From Candidatus Saccharimonadota bacterium (lineage in GTDB: Bacteria > Patescibacteriota > Saccharimonadia > CAILAD01 > BJGX01), in the NCBI GenBank assembly GCA_046350735.1, contig JAXLZU010000001.1:76530-140529 (forward strand): a DNA stretch of 64,000 nucleotides. Direction: 5' to 3'. Below are positions 47,296 to 56,042 of this stretch, piece after piece. A program made the position numbers and the translations under genes. The notes beneath the pieces were generated by a model that saw nothing but the letters and a program-made list of their open reading frames with translations, was not told the origin of the DNA and did no database searches. Every line of letters starts with the position of its first letter. Within the stretch, counting starts at the first letter, position 1.

Positions 47296-47439
47296 GTTGC
47301 ATGGCAATTTCATTCGGTGCTCGAAAACTACTCAAACAAGTTTGGTATTTTCTGCGCGCCTCATTCCACGACCCAGCGTCGCCGGTTCAGTCTAGTCTGT
47401 CGGTAATAAAAAAAGATTACCAGTGTAATCTTTCATTAT

Positions 47440-47516
47440 TGGTGGCTGGAGCTGGAATTGAACCAGCGACCTCAGGCTTATGAGTCCCGCGCTCTAACCA
47501 ACTGAGCTATCCAGCC
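47440..47516 (-). tRNA. tRNA-Met(CAT), probably elongator
   Basis: GGCTGGA...CGGGA-CTCATAA-GCCTG...GCTGG-TTCAATT-CCAGC-TCCAGCC-A-CCA. Confidence 0.88.
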
Positions 47517-47769
47517 TCGTCTGATTTATGTTTCAACTTACATTAGTTTAAAATAATTAACCTAATTCCAGTTTACACTTAAACCATCCTCTTCAATCAA
47601 AAAACAGCTATCAAATGCTGTCGTTTTTGATTGGTAAAAATATGACTGCTTTATTTTACCAGGTTGAACCTGGATAGTAAATATTTATACAGCATCAATT
47701 TGTATGTCTAACTTGAATATTAGAATTAAATTCGTTACCATAAGGGTAATAGTAAAAAGGAACACATAA

Positions 47770-47928
47770 ATGGCAACAAAAAGCAGAACCGGTAAATTGA
47801 CCCTGACAAAGAAGAAAAAGAAATACTTTGATCCTATTATTCTGGTTGCTATATTGTGCATTGCTCTAGCAGGAATGGCTTTTGTACTCTATGCCAGTGC
47901 TGCTACTGTTGATTCTGTAGTTCGTTAG
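47770..47928 (+). CDS. 52-aa basic single-TM microprotein
   Basis: Hand-read MATKSRTGKLTLTKKKKKYFDPIILVAILCIALAGMAFVLYASAA...*; AAGGA SD. Confidence 0.55.
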   Translation: MATKSRTGKLTLTKKKKKYFDPIILVAILCIALAGMAFVLYASAATVDSVVR

Positions 47929-47964
47929 AGCTGGCTTAGCTGGTACATATGATAAAATATTGGT

Positions 47965-48360
47965 ATGCGTAAGCTATTTGATTTTACTCGACTCGCATTT
48001 TGGATTGGTCTTGGCATCATTATTTATATGTTTGCAGTTTTAACCAACGAGACAGGTAAAAACTATAATTTGCGCGCCAAAACTGATGAGTTAGACAATC
48101 AAATTACTCAGTTGCAGTCTCAGATAGAAGAGTTAGGTTATAAAGTAACGTACTATCAGACCTCAGATTATAAAGAAAAAGTAGCACGCGATAAGCTCGG
48201 TATGCAGAAACCAGGTGAGCAGGTAGTAATTGTACAAAAAACTGATACGGTTACTAGTACACTTCAGCCCACCCAACAGGTCGAGCTAAAGACTAAAGAA
48301 GAGATAGAAGCCGAAAAGCCACATTGGCAGCAATGGCGAGAATTCTTATTAGGGTCTTGA
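47965..48360 (+). CDS. Septum formation initiator (FtsB/DivIC family)
   Basis: TM plus coiled coil plus EKVARDKLGMQKPGEQV. Confidence 0.85.
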   Translation: MRKLFDFTRLAFWIGLGIIIYMFAVLTNETGKNYNLRAKTDELDNQITQLQSQIEELGYKVTYYQTSDYKEKVARDKLGMQKPGEQVVIVQKTDTVTSTLQPTQQVELKTKEEIEAEKPHWQQWREFLLGS

Positions 48361-48409
48361 AAAATAGGGTTCTTTCGTTTATAATTTTCAAGTACTAAAA
48401 ACGAAATAT

Positions 48410-48484
48410 CGCGGGGTAGAGCAGTGGCAGCTCGTCGGGCTCATAACCCGGAGGTCGCAGGTTCGAATCCTGCCCCCGCTACCA
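48410..48484 (+). tRNA. Initiator tRNA-fMet(CAT)
   Basis: CGCGGGG with unpaired C1; GGG/CCC anticodon stem; CTCATAA loop; encoded CCA; terminator at 48487-48520. Confidence 0.93.
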
Positions 48485-48617
48485 AGAAAAAATCCCAACT
48501 TTGGTTGGGGTTTTTTCTTTGAATTGGACAAAGGTTAGGTTTTGCGACGCCAAGTTTTACTTGGCTAGTCGCAGGGGCGGTGAAGTGGGTGTAACAAGTG
48601 GAAAAGGTTTAGCCGCT

Positions 48618-48633
48618 ATCCTGCCCCCGCTAC
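48618..48633 (+). repeat. 16-bp direct duplicate of the tRNA-fMet 3' end
   Basis: ATCCTGCCCCCGCTAC at 48467-48482 and 48618-48633. Confidence 0.85.
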
Positions 48634-48734
48634 TAAGCAAAAAAACATAGTTTCTATTCTGTCTTACTACAATACTTATAGCTTTAGAGTTATTCATATG
48701 ATAATCTGAAAGTAAATAATAATAAGGAGCAATT

Positions 48735-49106
48735 ATGGCTAACTCAGATAATGGCAGTGATACAAAACTACTTTTTTTAAAAACCGCAAGAGTGCTAACC
48801 TATATAGTCTATGCGTTTATGTTGGTTGCAGTAATATTTTTATCCATTGGCTTTTTCTTGTTATTATTTGGAGCAAATCCAAACGTTGGCTTTACTCAAT
48901 TTGTTTACAAAGTAGCTGCAGAGTTTTTGCAGCCATTTAGAGGAATATTCCCAGCACATCAGGTGGGTGAAACTGGTTACTTTAGTACATCTGCACTATT
49001 TGCGATCATTATCTATATCTTACTTGCACTTGGTATAAATTCATTGATTACATATATAACAGCTAAGATGTTGCTTCACCAAAAAGAGCTAGAAAAACTT
49101 AGCTAA
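48735..49106 (+). CDS. YggT-family membrane protein
   Basis: LLFGANP..F..FVY...FLQPFRGIFP; SD AAGGAG. Confidence 0.75.
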   Translation: MANSDNGSDTKLLFLKTARVLTYIVYAFMLVAVIFLSIGFFLLLFGANPNVGFTQFVYKVAAEFLQPFRGIFPAHQVGETGYFSTSALFAIIIYILLALGINSLITYITAKMLLHQKELEKLS

Positions 49107-49186
49107 AGCATTTCTTGGTAGTAAACCTAGGTAATATAGGTGGTCATTTAGCTTATACAAGATATTAAAAGCAGGTATAATACATA

Positions 49187-50518
49187 GTGATGCTCAGTAC
49201 TCGGCTACATGACCATTTACAGGCAACCGATCTGCTACCCCCACAATCTAAATTAGTGGTGGCTGTTTCTGGTGGGGTAGATTCTGTTGCCCTTCTAAAC
49301 ATGTTACATGAGCTACAAGATTTTTATGGTTGGCAAATGGTTGTTGCACACCTAGATCATAATGCTCGTCCTTCTAGTGCACATGATGCCCAATTTGTTG
49401 CTGGCTTGGCAGAATCGTACAATATGCCGTTTTATTTAGAAAAACTCAGTAAAGACAATGCGACAACAGAAGCAGCATGGCGAGCTGCACGATACTCATT
49501 CTTAGAAAGACTTCGTGAAGAGCTCAATTACCATACTATTGTTACCGCTCACCATGGCGACGATCGAATTGAGACAGCAGTATTTAACTCTATTAGGGGG
49601 GCTGACAGGGAAGGTATTACCGCCCTCAAAGCAAAACGCGGCAATATTTCTCGCCCGCTTTTACCTTTTAGTAAGGCCGAAATTATTACCTATGCCAACC
49701 TCAAAGAATTACCATTTGTTACCGATGAAACAAATACCGACATTGGTTTTAGTCGTAACTATGTACGCGAAGAGCTCTTACCGCTGGGCAGCACAATGTA
49801 TCGTAACTTTCGTCACTCGTTTCATACCGTGCTAAATCATCTAGAAGATTTGAACAAAAAAATCTCACTAAGACTGCATAATGTTGTTACAGATCTTACC
49901 ATAAGTTCATCCGCAGAGAGTGTCGAGCTTGCCAAAGAGGGATTTCGTAAGTTGCCTGATACAATTGCTCTTAATGTAATTGCACTCTTGGCAAAACAGC
50001 TAAGCCCAGGTATTGGTCTTAGTCAGAGCAATCTAAGGCAAGCACTTGGCTTTTGGCAAACCGGCAAAAGCGGTAGTAGCAAAAACCTTAAGGCTGGCTT
50101 GCAACTCTCGATAGGATATGATACCGTAAGAATCGCATATCATACCGACGAAACCTTACTCACTTCTGAAGAAACTGCTCGATTGCTTACCGATTCTAGC
50201 CCCTATCAAAATAAACATTTTACCATCCAAATGACAGGCTCTATTGCTCAGGGGGATGATTCTGTCATTTTAAAACCAGCAAAATATTATGTACGTTTGC
50301 GCCAGAGTGGTGACAGAATTGCTCCTATTGGTTTGCAAGGCAGCAAGAAATTACAAGATATATTTGTTGATAAAAAAATACCGCGAGAGCTCAGAGGACA
50401 TTGGCCTATCATTGTAAATAGTCGTAATGAGGTAGTATGGGTGCCATTTATTGCCACGAGTCGCAACCACAGTGTTGACTCAAAAAGCGGTATAAAGATA
50501 GTTTGTAAGAAGAATTAA
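49187..50518 (+). CDS. tilS: tRNA(Ile)-lysidine synthetase
   Basis: AVSGGVDS, AHLDH, R.ARY, TAHHGDD, RPLL, D.TN...RN..R, KKLQDIFVDKKIPR. Confidence 0.95.
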   Translation: MMLSTRLHDHLQATDLLPPQSKLVVAVSGGVDSVALLNMLHELQDFYGWQMVVAHLDHNARPSSAHDAQFVAGLAESYNMPFYLEKLSKDNATTEAAWRAARYSFLERLREELNYHTIVTAHHGDDRIETAVFNSIRGADREGITALKAKRGNISRPLLPFSKAEIITYANLKELPFVTDETNTDIGFSRNYVREELLPLGSTMYRNFRHSFHTVLNHLEDLNKKISLRLHNVVTDLTISSSAESVELAKEGFRKLPDTIALNVIALLAKQLSPGIGLSQSNLRQALGFWQTGKSGSSKNLKAGLQLSIGYDTVRIAYHTDETLLTSEETARLLTDSSPYQNKHFTIQMTGSIAQGDDSVILKPAKYYVRLRQSGDRIAPIGLQGSKKLQDIFVDKKIPRELRGHWPIIVNSRNEVVWVPFIATSRNHSVDSKSGIKIVCKKN

Positions 50519-50520
50519 TT

Positions 50521-52347
50521 ATGATGAAAAAGATACCACGACAGGTTTTTTATATTGTAGCTGCTTTAGTTATTCTGGGTGGCTTGCTTGCCTATGCAAA
50601 TTTTAGTGAGCCCAAAACTACCCAGGTGAGTATTAGTAAAATGATAGAACAGGCCAATGCTGGCCAGATAGATAAGATAGAAGTTGCTGGTGATAATCTT
50701 ACTATCACACTTAAAGATGGTACAAAAGAAGAAGCTATAAAAGAGTCAAACACCAATCTAAAAGACTACGGTATTGATTACACAAAGGTAAAAGTTGAAG
50801 CGAAAAATCCTGATTCTGGATTGACAAAAATTTTTGATTTTCTCCTAACAATACTGCCTATTGCACTTATTATTGGCTTCTTCTACTTTATTATGCGCCA
50901 GGCGCAAGGTAGCAATAACCAGGCAATGAGCTTCGGTAAGAGCAAAGCACGTGTGTTTGGTCTAGAAAAAGAAAAAGTAAAATTTAGCGATGTAGCCGGT
51001 GCGATAGAGGCTAAGACTGAATTGCAAGAAATTGTAGAGTTTCTAAAATACCCTACCAAATTTGAATCACTTGGCGCAAAGATTCCAAAAGGGGTACTGC
51101 TATTTGGCTCGCCTGGTACGGGTAAAACTCTTTTGGCCCGTGCTGTGGCGGGTGAAGCAGATGTGCCTTTCTTTTCTATCTCAGGTTCGGAATTTGTAGA
51201 AATGTTTGTGGGTGTAGGCGCTAGTCGTGTACGAGATCTCTTTGGTAAAGCTAAGAAAAATGCACCATGTATTATTTTTATAGACGAGATTGATGCTGTT
51301 GGTCGCCAACGTGGTGCTGGCTTAGGAGGTGGTCATGACGAGCGCGAACAAACACTTAACCAGATATTGGTAGAAATGGATGGATTTGAGCAGGGCACTA
51401 ATGTAATTGTAATGGCTGCTACCAACAGACCAGATGTACTCGACCCAGCGTTACTTCGTCCAGGTAGGTTTGATCGTCGTATTACACTCGATGCACCAGA
51501 CATGAAGGCCCGCGAAGAAATTTTAGAAGTACACACCAAGAATAAACCACTCGATAGCTCAGTAAAGCTTGGTGAGATTGCCCGCAAAACCCCTGGTGTA
51601 TCCGGTGCAGATCTTGCTAACATTGCCAACGAAGCGGCTATCTTTGCAGCTCGAGCAAACCGTAAAAAACTGATCCAAGCAGACTTTCATGAAGCTGTCG
51701 AAAAGATTGCCCTTGGCCCAGAGCGAAAAAGCCATATTCTTAATGATAATGAGAAAAAGCTTACTGCATACCACGAGGCCGGACATGCCTTACTGAGCCA
51801 TTTGCTACCCAAGTGCCATCCGGTACATAAGGTATCGATTGTTAGCCGTGGTATGGCTGGCGGCGTTACTTGGAGTCTACCAGAAGAAGACAAGCATTTA
51901 CATTCTATTGCCGATTTTAAAGATGATCTTGCCATGAGTCTCGGTGGACGTAGTGCCGAAAAGCTTGTTTTTGGTGAAGAAAACATTACTACCGGTGCTG
52001 AAAGCGATCTAAAACACGCCAATGAACTTGCCAAACGTATGGTAACAGAATATGGCATGAGCGATAAGCTGAAGAATCGTTTCTTTGGTGATGGTGAAGG
52101 CTCTGTCTTTTTGGGTCGCAGTATGGGCGAAGGTAAAAATTACTCAGAAGAAATGGCAGCTGTTATTGATAACGAAGTAGCCAAGCTGATTAACGAAGCA
52201 AGCAAAAAGGCCGAAGACACTATTCGTAAAAATCGCAAAAAACTCGATCTCATTGCTACTACTTTAATAGAGAAAGAAACGCTCGAAGGGCCTGCTTTTG
52301 CAAAGCTCTTTGCACCTATAGACAAAGCTGCTCGCAAAAAAGCCTAA
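50521..52347 (+). CDS. ftsH: ATP-dependent zinc metalloprotease FtsH
   Basis: [28 protein letters not shown]. Confidence 0.97.
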   Translation: MMKKIPRQVFYIVAALVILGGLLAYANFSEPKTTQVSISKMIEQANAGQIDKIEVAGDNLTITLKDGTKEEAIKESNTNLKDYGIDYTKVKVEAKNPDSGLTKIFDFLLTILPIALIIGFFYFIMRQAQGSNNQAMSFGKSKARVFGLEKEKVKFSDVAGAIEAKTELQEIVEFLKYPTKFESLGAKIPKGVLLFGSPGTGKTLLARAVAGEADVPFFSISGSEFVEMFVGVGASRVRDLFGKAKKNAPCIIFIDEIDAVGRQRGAGLGGGHDEREQTLNQILVEMDGFEQGTNVIVMAATNRPDVLDPALLRPGRFDRRITLDAPDMKAREEILEVHTKNKPLDSSVKLGEIARKTPGVSGADLANIANEAAIFAARANRKKLIQADFHEAVEKIALGPERKSHILNDNEKKLTAYHEAGHALLSHLLPKCHPVHKVSIVSRGMAGGVTWSLPEEDKHLHSIADFKDDLAMSLGGRSAEKLVFGEENITTGAESDLKHANELAKRMVTEYGMSDKLKNRFFGDGEGSVFLGRSMGEGKNYSEEMAAVIDNEVAKLINEASKKAEDTIRKNRKKLDLIATTLIEKETLEGPAFAKLFAPIDKAARKKA

Positions 52348-52433
52348 GCAAATTCGTCTGTAACTACTACACTCTAGCTGCTTAGCTTGACGCTCCATAA
52401 CCATAACCTCTATACTATTTACATATAAGAGAA

Positions 52434-54374
52434 GTGGAGTATATGCCCGAAGAACAGGTAGCAGAAATAGTTGCGCCAACTTGGCTAAAAGTTACTACTT
52501 GGTTATTACTAATAACCACTGGAATTATTCTAGTAATTCTCTGTTTTTGGTGGCGACAATATACCGCAAAGATAGACGATCTTACCTCTCGTAACTATGT
52601 CGGAAAGACTGATACTGGCGATTTCTTAAAGCAAGGAATGAGTGCAACAACAGGCCAGTTAACTGTTGATGGTAAAGCCATCATTAATGGCGATTTGCAT
52701 GTTACGGGTACTATTACGACAGATCAGAATAATATTAGCGTATCTAACTCAGCAGGTAATTATTATACCAATTACTTTGCCGGTGGTTGTAGTGCTCAGG
52801 TAATCTGTAACTCTACACTACTGCAAACAAGAAAAGAATTTGTTATTCAGCCAAGTAGTCCGTACGTAGTTGGCGCTACAGTTCGAGGTAACACAACACA
52901 GGCAGTCGATCTCTTACAGCTTCAAAATGCATCTGGATACTCTATGATAAATGTTACTGCGAATGGTAGGCTCGGAGTGAATAATCCAAGTCCGCAATAT
53001 AATGTTGACGTCAATGGTCAAGGAAGATTTTTGGGGCATACTGCGTATGGTAATGTATCAGCTGTAGATAATCCAAGTATACTTACACCGCTTACAGGCA
53101 CCCCTGTTATTAGGGTAAATGGCACCCAAGAGGTTGTTACAAATTTAACCCCCGGGTATAACTATTATTCTGGTGCATCTTCCGAATATTTTGTTAATTT
53201 GGGACAATCTGCTAATTCTCAGTACTTTACAGGTGGATATCATGCGGGTGAGATTGTTAGCGGTAACCCTCAAGACTATTTAGGATTAGCAGGAGAGACT
53301 GGTCTTGCAGTACATGAGGGCACTGGCAATATTAATTTAATGTCTGGTATATTGGGCTACACCTTTAATAACTCTAGTGGTAATATTGGTGCGGCGGCTG
53401 GAACATTTGGATTTCTGAAAAACAATGATAGTGGCAATATTGATACCGGCGTTGGTGCAGGAGGGGTAATAGAAAATCCTGGAGTTGGTGTAATAGGAAT
53501 TGCGAATGGTTTGTCTTCTAGTGTAATTAACGGTGGTCTTTTCGGTGGAGGCTCTGGTTCTATTGGTAATGCAAATGGGGTATCTGCTGGCGTAACCAAT
53601 AATAGTTCTGGAACTATAGATAATGTCACAGTTTATGATGTTCAGCCGGTAGTAAATAATGGCGGTGCAATCGGTAATGTAAGAGGGATTTATATCGGCG
53701 ACCAAAGCGCAGTTGCTAATGTTTCTGGAGTTAAGTACAACCTAGAGTCTATGGGAAATAATAGTACTAATCTTTTCCATGGTGCAGTTGGTGTTGGCTC
53801 TGGTGCTGCACCAACCAATAAACTTACTGTTACCGACACCACCACCAACAACGTTGCCAAGTTTAACGGTACTGGCGTAAATCAATGTACCGTCGTAGCT
53901 GGTACTGGATGGAGCTGTAGTAGTGATGAAACATTAAAGACTAACATTCTAAGTATTAGTAATGGCCTCGGTGTCATTACCCAACTTCAAGGTGTCACCT
54001 ATAACTGGAAGAGTGACCCTAACGGTACCCGCCAAGATGGCTTTATTGCCCAAGACATCCAAAAGATCTTACCCGAACTCGTTACTACCGACTCTAACGG
54101 TAAACTCTCTCTTAACAAAGACGGTATTATGCCCTTTATTGTAGAAGCCATAAAAGAACAAAACGGCAACTTAGACAAAACCAACCAACAACTCTCTGAC
54201 CAAGGTATTAAACTCACTAGCCTGAGTGATGAGTTGGTGGCACTGACGAAGCGGGTAGATCAGCATGATGTGGATATAGAACAATTAAAGGCGCAAGTAC
54301 AACAACTAAATAGTCGTCTGCAAAAACTCGAACCAGCGAATACTAATTCTACTAACACTACTACAACACCATAA
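52434..54374 (+). CDS. Membrane-anchored fibre/adhesin-like protein with a C-terminal peptidase S74 intramolecular chaperone and coiled coil
   Basis: N-terminal TM; Gly/Asn-rich beta repeats; SSDETLKTNI...GFIAQD...LPELV...EAIKEQ. Confidence 0.8.
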   Translation: MEYMPEEQVAEIVAPTWLKVTTWLLLITTGIILVILCFWWRQYTAKIDDLTSRNYVGKTDTGDFLKQGMSATTGQLTVDGKAIINGDLHVTGTITTDQNNISVSNSAGNYYTNYFAGGCSAQVICNSTLLQTRKEFVIQPSSPYVVGATVRGNTTQAVDLLQLQNASGYSMINVTANGRLGVNNPSPQYNVDVNGQGRFLGHTAYGNVSAVDNPSILTPLTGTPVIRVNGTQEVVTNLTPGYNYYSGASSEYFVNLGQSANSQYFTGGYHAGEIVSGNPQDYLGLAGETGLAVHEGTGNINLMSGILGYTFNNSSGNIGAAAGTFGFLKNNDSGNIDTGVGAGGVIENPGVGVIGIANGLSSSVINGGLFGGGSGSIGNANGVSAGVTNNSSGTIDNVTVYDVQPVVNNGGAIGNVRGIYIGDQSAVANVSGVKYNLESMGNNSTNLFHGAVGVGSGAAPTNKLTVTDTTTNNVAKFNGTGVNQCTVVAGTGWSCSSDETLKTNILSISNGLGVITQLQGVTYNWKSDPNGTRQDGFIAQDIQKILPELVTTDSNGKLSLNKDGIMPFIVEAIKEQNGNLDKTNQQLSDQGIKLTSLSDELVALTKRVDQHDVDIEQLKAQVQQLNSRLQKLEPANTNSTNTTTTP

Positions 54375-54451
54375 TTTGCTAAATAATTATTAAGAATATT
54401 CGTTTTATATTTGCTTACGCAACAGGTATACTACTGGTATAATACCTATCA

Positions 54452-55966
54452 GTGAAAGATATTCTCAAACATATAAATAAATCGCGCACACTTGGTGTTG
54501 CAGCGTTTTTGATTTCGCTCAGTTATATGCTGAGTCGAGTTTTGGGTCTTGTACGTGATAGGCTCTTAGCAAGTAATTTTGGTGTATCTGCTAGTACCGA
54601 TGCGTATACAGCTGCTTTTCGTATTCCGGACTTGTTGTTTACTATTCTGGTATCGGGTGCCTTTGCAGTATCATTTATACCGGTATTCATTGGTTATATA
54701 GAAAAGAAGAAGGCAGCAGAAGGTTGGCATATTGCTTCATCACTGTTGAACATTTTTTCTATTGCTACTCTTAGCTTGGCAGTCATTGCCTTTATCTTGG
54801 CACCATATCTTGTAAAAGTCTTGGCACCAGGTTTTGATCAGCAGAGATTTGAGTTAACAGTAAATCTTACTCGTATAATGCTAATCACTCCTTTTTTATT
54901 TTCTATATCTTCGGTTTTTGGTGCAGTACAACAATCGTTTAATCGATTTACCTTATTTGCACTTGCTAGTGTTTTTTATAATATCGGAATTATTGTCGGT
55001 ATAATATTTTTCTCCAAACTATTTCCTGCTCAACCTATCTATGGTGTAGCTTATGGTGTAGTGTTTGGTACGGCATTACAGACAGCTGTACAAATCTTTG
55101 GCGTAATTGGTCTTGGATGGAAGTATAAGTTTAGTTTTGATTTTTGGCACCCTGGTGTTATTCGAGTTATTAAACTCATGATTCCACGCTCTATTGACTT
55201 AGCAATAGATCAGTTTAACTACATTATCGAGACGGCTATTGGGTCGCACTTAACTGTTGGTAGTTTATCTTCGTATTATTATGCAAATAACTTAAAAAAT
55301 GTACCCTTAGGTATATTTGGTACAGCTATTGCAACGGCAGTGTTTCCAAGTTTAATTCGGGCTGCAAAATCGAAAGACAAATCTAAACTACCAAGGGCAA
55401 TTGTTACAGATATGAGTCTGGTGTTGTTTTTTGTAGTGCCGAGTGCCGCTATTGCGATAGTTATGCGTGGATACATAGTTAGGTTGCTTTTTGGGTTTGG
55501 AGACCAAGCTACCGCCGACACTCTTGGCTGGCTGGCCGGATCGATTGTAGCAACCAGTATGTTTTTCTTAGTGGCTCGTATATTTTACGCACTCGAAGAT
55601 ACACTCACACCACTACTTACTAGTCTCAGCTCTATTGCAATAAATATCTTCTTTAGCATAATTTTAACCAAACGGTTTGGCGTTTCTGGTCTGGGAATGG
55701 CACTTAGTATTGCAACTTTTTACGAACTCATTTTATTAATGATAATCTTGCGATTTAAAATAGGCGATTACGGGTATCGTTCTATTACTATAGTGGCTTC
55801 TAAGCTAGTTATAGCAAGTTTAATAATGAGTGGTGTAATGTATCTACTTATTTTAAGAGTATTCCCATTATACAAAGCAGATGTTGGCTTCTTACATATT
55901 GCACCAAATTTTATTGTTATCTCGTTAGTAGGCGTTACAGTATTCTTTGTCTTAGCAAAATTCTAA
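54452..55966 (+). CDS. murJ: Lipid II flippase MurJ (C-terminus probably clipped by a 1-nt indel)
   Basis: SRVLGLVRD, DAYTAAFRIPD, GAF..SFIPVF, FYAL.DT.TP. Confidence 0.92.
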   Translation: MKDILKHINKSRTLGVAAFLISLSYMLSRVLGLVRDRLLASNFGVSASTDAYTAAFRIPDLLFTILVSGAFAVSFIPVFIGYIEKKKAAEGWHIASSLLNIFSIATLSLAVIAFILAPYLVKVLAPGFDQQRFELTVNLTRIMLITPFLFSISSVFGAVQQSFNRFTLFALASVFYNIGIIVGIIFFSKLFPAQPIYGVAYGVVFGTALQTAVQIFGVIGLGWKYKFSFDFWHPGVIRVIKLMIPRSIDLAIDQFNYIIETAIGSHLTVGSLSSYYYANNLKNVPLGIFGTAIATAVFPSLIRAAKSKDKSKLPRAIVTDMSLVLFFVVPSAAIAIVMRGYIVRLLFGFGDQATADTLGWLAGSIVATSMFFLVARIFYALEDTLTPLLTSLSSIAINIFFSIILTKRFGVSGLGMALSIATFYELILLMIILRFKIGDYGYRSITIVASKLVIASLIMSGVMYLLILRVFPLYKADVGFLHIAPNFIVISLVGVTVFFVLAKF

Positions 55967-56042
55967 GGGTAGCTCAGGCAGATATGATGCCCGGCGATGT
56001 CTTGCATCCGGTAAAAAGTATTGCGTCGAGGAAGGTTTTAAT

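Noticed and set aside
52434-54374. Prophage
   Set aside because: The S74 gene is alone among housekeeping genes, with no capsid, terminase or integrase.
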